64,000 nucleotides of DNA. Origin: Candidatus Omnitrophota bacterium (GTDB taxonomy: Bacteria > Omnitrophota > Gorgyraeia > Duberdicusellales > 4484-171). The stretch covers positions 256,001 through 320,000 of the forward strand of contig JAIPGM010000001.1 in assembly GCA_021735655.1 (NCBI GenBank), written 5' to 3'. Shown here piece by piece: positions 58,290 through 64,000 of this stretch. Below the pieces are notes generated by a model that did no database searches, had not been told where the DNA came from, and saw only the letters and a list, made by a program, of their open reading frames with translations. The position numbers were made by a program, and so were the translations under genes. Each line of letters begins with the position of its first letter. Within the stretch, counting starts at the first letter, position 1.

Positions 58290-59375
58290 TTACCTTATTA
58301 GGCGCAATCCGGTTACGCCGATAGTTAAAAAGAATAGTGGCGCCATCCAAGGGCTAATCATTGGCAGAATAATGCCTGATTTTCCTAAAGCAACGCTAAA
58401 TGAAGAGATAAAGTAGTAGATAAAGATAAAGATAAACCCTACCCCCAAGGAAGTAAGGCCAACCTTACGTTTTTTAATTTCTAGAGCAAAGGGTAGAATT
58501 CCGATAACTAAGAAGAAATGGGAGAAAGGCTCGACTAATTTTTGGTTATAGTGAATGATTAATTCTTTTAGTTTTTCTTGTGAGCCGATTTTTTTTAACT
58601 GATCTATTTCACGTTGTAAATCATTGAGAGGAGTGAATTCCAGGAGAATACTTTTTTTAAGTAGAAGTTCCTGAGGGTTTTCAGCTAAGGGAATAGGCTT
58701 TTTGTCCAAGTTTTGGCTGTTGATGCTTTTACCATAGCGGTCAAAGGTATTTTCTTTAACTAATGTAGCGGTCCACTGTTCATTTTTATAGTAGATAGTT
58801 TTACAGATTATTTCTTTTATAAAGTCACCTTCTTTGTCTTCTTGAAAGATTGCAACATCAGTTAAGATTTTTTCACTTGGTGAAAATTCCCGGGCAAAGA
58901 AAATCATTCCACCTGAGGAGAACTTAAAGTTTCGCTCAAGCGAAGATCCGGAGAGGTCTTTTTTTATGAAGTTTCTTTTAATTTCTTCAACTTCTCTTTG
59001 AGATTTAATCAGTACTTTTTCTTGAAGGTAGAAGGCGCCAGAGGAGACAACAATTGAAAACAAAATCAGCGGCAAAGACAGGGACATAATGCTTACTCCG
59101 GCTGAGCGCATTCCGGCAATTTCGTTACCCCGATTGAGTTCCCCTAAGGTATAAAGCATACTGATCAGGAGTGCAAAAGGGCTTACCCATTTGAAGATCC
59201 AAGGAATCATACTTAGATAATAACGCACGAGCATTAGAAATGGTATTTTTGATTTTAGGATATCGGCAAGATTACTGAAGGTATCAATGACAAAGAAAAG
59301 ACCGATAAATATGGCTAGGATAGAAATATATCCTAAAACAGCACTTTTTAAAGTATATTTATCGAGAATGCGCAT
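58290..59375 (-). CDS. lptG: LPS export ABC permease (YjgP/YjgQ family), LptG-like
   Basis: 6-TM permease with large periplasmic beta-jellyroll insert. Pairs with the upstream paralog. Confidence 0.65.
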   Translation of the reverse strand: MRILDKYTLKSAVLGYISILAIFIGLFFVIDTFSNLADILKSKIPFLMLVRYYLSMIPWIFKWVSPFALLISMLYTLGELNRGNEIAGMRSAGVSIMSLSLPLILFSIVVSSGAFYLQEKVLIKSQREVEEIKRNFIKKDLSGSSLERNFKFSSGGMIFFAREFSPSEKILTDVAIFQEDKEGDFIKEIICKTIYYKNEQWTATLVKENTFDRYGKSINSQNLDKKPIPLAENPQELLLKKSILLEFTPLNDLQREIDQLKKIGSQEKLKELIIHYNQKLVEPFSHFFLVIGILPFALEIKKRKVGLTSLGVGFIFIFIYYFISSFSVALGKSGIILPMISPWMAPLFFLTIGVTGLRLIR

Positions 59376-60447
59376 ACTTATAGATAAGAGAAACTCCTAA
59401 AAGCATAATTATAAAACTGGATAGCCAAATTCCGATCCAAGGGGTTACTATTTGACGTTCGATTAAGGCTTTACCTAGTATTGAAAGCAGGTAGTAGGTT
59501 AGTGCACCTAAACAGGCAATACCGAAGTTAATCGATTTTTCCCGGTGGCGTACAACTAGAGATACTCCGAAACCTAAGATAGTGAAGGCAATGATCGAGA
59601 AGGATAGATTTATCCTTTCGTGAAATTCAGTCAGAAAATCGGTCGTTTCTATGCCTTTTTGCCGGTATTGTTTAATCTTACTGAGTAGCTCTTCTATTCT
59701 CATGTCTGAAGGTTTCTTTTCGGTTTTAGTCGGTTTTTCTTTTTCAATCGGGATATTTTTAAAGAAGATTTTAAATTCACCACGTACATCACGTTTGCCG
59801 GCGGAGTCGATGTCATGATAATAGACATCTTCCAGTTTCATTTTTAGCACGTCTTTCTCTACGATGAACTCTCCTTGTTTAGCTACGATCATTGTGGTCG
59901 CTTTTTTATTTTCCTTATCGAGCATATAAATTATGACATTTTTTAATTTATTTTCTTGCTTATCGGATACATAGATGACATGATTTTCGAAATGCTCTAA
60001 AAAGACCCCCGGCTCAATAAAGGCCGATATATTTTTCATAAGTATTTTTTTTACATTATGGTAGCGGTAGGTAAGTTGAGGCACTACCTTATCATTTAGA
60101 ATAAATAGTAGCAATGCGAAGATTGTTCCAATAATCAGAAAAATGTGTAGTATTTTAAAAGTTGAGACCCCGGCTACTCGCATGGCAATTACTTCATTGT
60201 CGGCGATTAATCGGCCCATAGATAGGAGTACACCCATGAAGAATGCTAATGGTAGGGTGTAGCGCATGAGCGGCGGGAAGGCAAATGACAACAAAGTAAA
60301 GGCGTCTTTAATATTAACGCCTTTACGAACAATCATATCTGAGAGATCAATCAGTTTGCCCATCAACAGCACGGTGCTTAAAATAAGAAGCGAGAAGATA
60401 AAAACAGTAAAGAAATCTTTAATGATGTAGCTGCGGATTATTTTCAT
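59359..60447 (-). CDS. lptF: LPS export ABC permease (YjgP/YjgQ family), LptF-like
   Basis: Same family. Overlaps lptG by 17 nt. Confidence 0.65.
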   Translation of the reverse strand: MKIIRSYIIKDFFTVFIFSLLILSTVLLMGKLIDLSDMIVRKGVNIKDAFTLLSFAFPPLMRYTLPLAFFMGVLLSMGRLIADNEVIAMRVAGVSTFKILHIFLIIGTIFALLLFILNDKVVPQLTYRYHNVKKILMKNISAFIEPGVFLEHFENHVIYVSDKQENKLKNVIIYMLDKENKKATTMIVAKQGEFIVEKDVLKMKLEDVYYHDIDSAGKRDVRGEFKIFFKNIPIEKEKPTKTEKKPSDMRIEELLSKIKQYRQKGIETTDFLTEFHERINLSFSIIAFTILGFGVSLVVRHREKSINFGIACLGALTYYLLSILGKALIERQIVTPWIGIWLSSFIIMLLGVSLIYKYAHSR

Positions 60448-61175
60448 GATTGTTGTTTAAATTGGTTTCTTACAGTTTTGGATAAAGTTAGGGCTGTGAT
60501 TATATTGGCACCTTTTTCTTTTAGGGCTTCTGAACACGCAAAAATAGTTGATCCAGTAGTGAAGATATCATCAACTAGAATAAGATTTAGGTTTTTCACA
60601 GCGTTGCTTGCGTTAAATATTCCTTTTACATTATTTTGTCTTTTAAGCCTGGCCAGTTTTGTCTGAGAAGGCCTGAATCTCGTGACACTTATTATATCAT
60701 TTCTTAGGGGAATATTGAAATGATTTGATAGGAAGTTAGCTAAGACCTCAGCTTGGTTATAACCCCTCATTTTTAGTTTATAACGGTGCAAGGGAACGGC
60801 AGTTATGCAGTGATAGCGATAAGCAGAAAATTGGATATCTTCTAGATGCTTAATTATTAGCTGAGCTAGGAGGTCACCTAAATAATCGCAATTACGGTAT
60901 TTAAATAGCTGAATTAGCTTAGTTAAGGGCTCTTTATATTCGGTTGCACTGATTGCTCGCATATAGGGGTATAGTTTAGTTTTACATTTATTGCAGGTTA
61001 ATTTTTCTGGTTCATCTATTTTTCGTAAACAATAGCGGCAAAGAGGCGGTTTTAAGAACTTTATTTTTTTATAGCAGTCATTACAGAGCTGTCCCTGATG
61101 TATTTTTTTCTCGCAGCTAAAACAGGTTAAGGGAAAAAGTAAATTCTTGGCAGTTTTTATATACTTTTTAAGCAC
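60444..61175 (-). CDS. comF: ComF-family protein (double zinc ribbon plus phosphoribosyltransferase domain)
   Basis: N-terminal CxxC x4 (CFSCEKK...CNDC...CRYC...CNKC). PRTase motif LILVDDIFTTGST. Confidence 0.75.
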   Translation of the reverse strand: MLKKYIKTAKNLLFPLTCFSCEKKIHQGQLCNDCYKKIKFLKPPLCRYCLRKIDEPEKLTCNKCKTKLYPYMRAISATEYKEPLTKLIQLFKYRNCDYLGDLLAQLIIKHLEDIQFSAYRYHCITAVPLHRYKLKMRGYNQAEVLANFLSNHFNIPLRNDIISVTRFRPSQTKLARLKRQNNVKGIFNASNAVKNLNLILVDDIFTTGSTIFACSEALKEKGANIITALTLSKTVRNQFKQQS

Positions 61176-61279
61176 AAGGGCTATTGTATTAGCTTTTTTT
61201 TTAATTTCAATAGTTAGTTTGTTTCGTTATTTTTAGATTTGTAGTATAATATTGTTTATAGAGTAATTGAGAAGGGGGA

Positions 61280-63955
61280 TTGATGTTACTGTTTGGATTT
61301 GTTATATCTCTAATTTATTGGATTTTTTCCGCCCTGAGCGACATGCTTATTTTTGGTCAGGGAACTTTTTTTGAAAATCTTACTGCCCCTAGCTCTCAAG
61401 AATTAATTCATCGCTTGTCAGTAGTTTTAGTTCTAATAATATCCAGTGGCTACTTTAGATATTTTATCGGAAAGCGTCAGGTTATCGAGAATGAGCTTGA
61501 TCAGGAGTATTGCCTTTCTCCAATAGCTCTAAATAGGATTGGGGCTATGACCTTTGTTTTTGATCCTACCGGTAAAATTTTACGTTTTAATCAGGCTTGC
61601 GAAAAAATAACCGGTTATACATTCGGTGAAGTAAGGAATAAATCCTTTTGGAAACTCTTTTTAGAGCCGGATACTGCTGAATTGATGAGGGAGCGACTTA
61701 ATTGGATTAGTAGCAAATCGTTCCCTAGAGAGTATGAGAATATTTGGTTAGTTCGTAATCGGCAGCGTATTTTTATAAAATGGCACAACACGATGGTTTT
61801 AGACAAGGAATCAAAGCTAAAATACATTGTAAGCGTTGGCACAGATATAACCGAATACCAGCAAAAACAAAATATATTCAGGGGTTTTAATCGACAATAT
61901 CAGGGGCTAATTGATAATATTGGTATCGGCATTTCGGTTGTCTCTCCGGATTTATCGATTGCTTATAAAAATCGCCAATACAAAGAATGGTTTCCCAAAG
62001 GAGATGTTTCTAGCCAATCGGTCAGCCATGATATTCTTAGTAATTTTTCTTCTCAAAATTGCGGCAAGTGTCCGAGTTGTAAAGTTTTGTCTGATGGCGT
62101 GGCTCATGAAGCAATGATTGAGGTTGACGCTTTAGGTAAAAGGATGGTTTATAAAGTTTCTGCATCGGCAGTTATTGACACTGAAGGTAAAATCGTTGGT
62201 GCGATAGAAACAATTCAGGATTTTACAAAAATTAATCATCAGGAAGTCGAAATAAGACGCAGCTACCTTGCTCAGGCAGTAATTAATTCTCTTTTACGTT
62301 TTTCTTTAGAGAATATTACTCTTGAGGGTTTTTTAAAATGTGCCCCGGGCATTATTGTATCTACCCCTTGGCTTAGTTCAAAATCCAAGGTGGCGATTTA
62401 CTTAGTTGGAGATGAACCGGAAGTCTTAGTCTTGAGAGCTCAGGTTAATTTTTCTAAAGAAGAGATCCCGGGTATAAAGCGTTTTGCTTTTGGTGAGCAT
62501 ATTGCTGGTCGAGCTGCCCAGTTGGCAAGACCACAATTTTCAGCCCATATTCAGGAAGGTAATGAGATCGGAATTAAAAATGGCGGAATTAACGCCCATT
62601 ATTGTTTGCCGATCATCTACTCAGGGGCAGTTTTGGGGGTAATAGATATATATATGGAAGATGGCCATATCCAGAGTAAACAGGAGGAAGAGTTTTTATC
62701 GGCCATTGCTAATACTTTAGCTGGAGTAATCCATCGTAAAGAAGTCGAGGAACGATTAGGCAAGACAAATGATTGTTTTGTGAGCTTGGGAATAGACCCG
62801 GTTGCTAATATTCAGAGCTTTGTTGCTTTAAGCGGCGAAATCCTTGAAGTTGATACGATGTTTTATCAGCAATTTAATCCAGATACAAATTCTTTTGAGA
62901 TTCTCGGTGAGTATAATAGCTCTGGTAGCTATAAGCCGTTAGTAAAATATTATAAGAGTGCTTGTCATGAGACTATGAGAGCTGAAGGCGAGATATTAGT
63001 TAAAGATGTATCAGAAATTTCTCAATCGACAAAAAATTCTAAACTTCATACTTTTGTTGGCCAGGCAGTTAGGTGCGGAGGTAGCTATGTTGGCTTGCTG
63101 AGTGGTTTCTACAGGGACTATTTTAGACTTAGGGAAGATGATCGCAAGTTCTTAGGGGTTATTGCCTCAGCCATCGGCGTTGAGGAGGAACGTATAAAGT
63201 CGAAGCGGCATCTTGATGTTGCTTATGATAGATTAAAAGAGGCTCAACATGAGCTCGTTCAGTCTGAAAAGCTAGCGGCTTTGGGACGATTTTCTTCGGG
63301 TATGGCCCATGAGGTAAAGAATCCTTTGGGTATTATTTTGGGAGGTATTGAGTTTTTAGAAAAAAAACTAGTTAAAGCAGACAAAGATGAAAGGTTAGCT
63401 ATTAAAAAAATTAAAGAGTCTACTCTGCGGGCCGACAGCGTAGTACGTAATCTTCTTAAATTTGCAATGCCTTCGGAAATAAAAACCGAAAAACTTAATC
63501 CAGTTGATTTGATTAACGATACCCTCACGTTAGTTAAGTATCGGATTTCTTTAATTAATGTTAAAATTGATACTGATTTTACTAAAGAAGATATTTTCGT
63601 TTCCGGAGACAAAAACCAGCTACAGCAAGTTTTATTTAATTTAATAATGAATGCCGTCGATGCTGTAGCTAAGGGTTCGATTATTAAGATAAAAACTTTA
63701 AAAGTCTCGGCTGGTTATTTAGCCTATCCAGCCTGCGTTATTGAAATAAACGACACCGGCCAAGGTATATCTGAAGATAATTTATCTAAGCTGTTTGAGC
63801 CTTTTTTTACTACAAAGCGTGATAAGAAGGGGACTGGTCTAGGGTTATCAATTTCTAAAATAATAGTTGAGAACCATAAGGGTAAGTTAACTATTGATAG
63901 TGAGTTTGGGAAGGGGACTATGGCGAGAGTTATTCTGCCGATAGCCGCTGGATAG
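61280..63955 (+). CDS. multi-PAS/GAF sensor histidine kinase
   Basis: N-terminal TM helices, PAS-like repeats, H-box GMAHEVKNPL, N-box LIMNAVDA, G1 DTGQGI, G2 GTGLGLSISK. Confidence 0.85.
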   Translation: MMLLFGFVISLIYWIFSALSDMLIFGQGTFFENLTAPSSQELIHRLSVVLVLIISSGYFRYFIGKRQVIENELDQEYCLSPIALNRIGAMTFVFDPTGKILRFNQACEKITGYTFGEVRNKSFWKLFLEPDTAELMRERLNWISSKSFPREYENIWLVRNRQRIFIKWHNTMVLDKESKLKYIVSVGTDITEYQQKQNIFRGFNRQYQGLIDNIGIGISVVSPDLSIAYKNRQYKEWFPKGDVSSQSVSHDILSNFSSQNCGKCPSCKVLSDGVAHEAMIEVDALGKRMVYKVSASAVIDTEGKIVGAIETIQDFTKINHQEVEIRRSYLAQAVINSLLRFSLENITLEGFLKCAPGIIVSTPWLSSKSKVAIYLVGDEPEVLVLRAQVNFSKEEIPGIKRFAFGEHIAGRAAQLARPQFSAHIQEGNEIGIKNGGINAHYCLPIIYSGAVLGVIDIYMEDGHIQSKQEEEFLSAIANTLAGVIHRKEVEERLGKTNDCFVSLGIDPVANIQSFVALSGEILEVDTMFYQQFNPDTNSFEILGEYNSSGSYKPLVKYYKSACHETMRAEGEILVKDVSEISQSTKNSKLHTFVGQAVRCGGSYVGLLSGFYRDYFRLREDDRKFLGVIASAIGVEEERIKSKRHLDVAYDRLKEAQHELVQSEKLAALGRFSSGMAHEVKNPLGIILGGIEFLEKKLVKADKDERLAIKKIKESTLRADSVVRNLLKFAMPSEIKTEKLNPVDLINDTLTLVKYRISLINVKIDTDFTKEDIFVSGDKNQLQQVLFNLIMNAVDAVAKGSIIKIKTLKVSAGYLAYPACVIEINDTGQGISEDNLSKLFEPFFTTKRDKKGTGLGLSISKIIVENHKGKLTIDSEFGKGTMARVILPIAAG

Positions 63956-64000
63956 GGTTGACATCTTTTAATAAAGGTGTATTATTTTTTTAGGGAGGTT

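Noticed and set aside
61200-61279. Possible promoter (tagtataat) upstream of the sensor kinase
   Set aside because: A -10-like hexamer is present but there is no convincing -35 at 16-18 nt. Left unannotated.
1-64000. CRISPR arrays, rRNA, tRNA, transposases and integrases
   Set aside because: No regularly spaced repeat-spacer pattern, no rRNA-like conserved blocks, and no DDE or tyrosine-recombinase motifs among translated ORFs. tRNAs cannot be excluded rigorously without a covariance search, but intergenic space outside the island is minimal.

Overview
Low-GC bacterial window, probably from an uncultured diderm lineage: Lol-, Mla- and Lpt-type envelope systems and GspG-like pseudopilins are present. 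The left half (1 to about 30.5 kb) is an AT-rich glycan/envelope-modification island with unusually many radical SAM (rSAM) genes. It holds at least eight CxxxCxxC rSAM genes plus the 3' end of a B12-binding rSAM. These are interleaved with GT2, GT4 and GT-C-like glycosyltransferases, a WecA/MraY-family initiating transferase, and an O-antigen-ligase-family protein. Also present are a DegT-type aminotransferase, two sugar/polysaccharide deacetylases, SGNH hydrolases, a PP-loop ATPase and small membrane peptides. A four-gene cassette (rSAM-A, rSAM-A, GT2, rSAM-B) occurs twice. Three G7-G9 homopolymer tracts inside this island look like phase-variation switches. The right half (31.9-64 kb) is GC-richer housekeeping DNA: lysS, a Lol-like ABC pair, ilvE, mcsA-mcsB-clpC, mlaEFD, radA, ispDF, cysS, tmk, holB, a yaaT-like gene, metG, tatD, thiL, tsaEB and alr. 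Its minus-strand end carries comF-lptF-lptG and two tandem pseudopilin genes with near-identical 5' ends and promoters, followed by a large PAS/GAF sensor kinase. No rRNA, tRNA, CRISPR array or transposase was recognised by eye.
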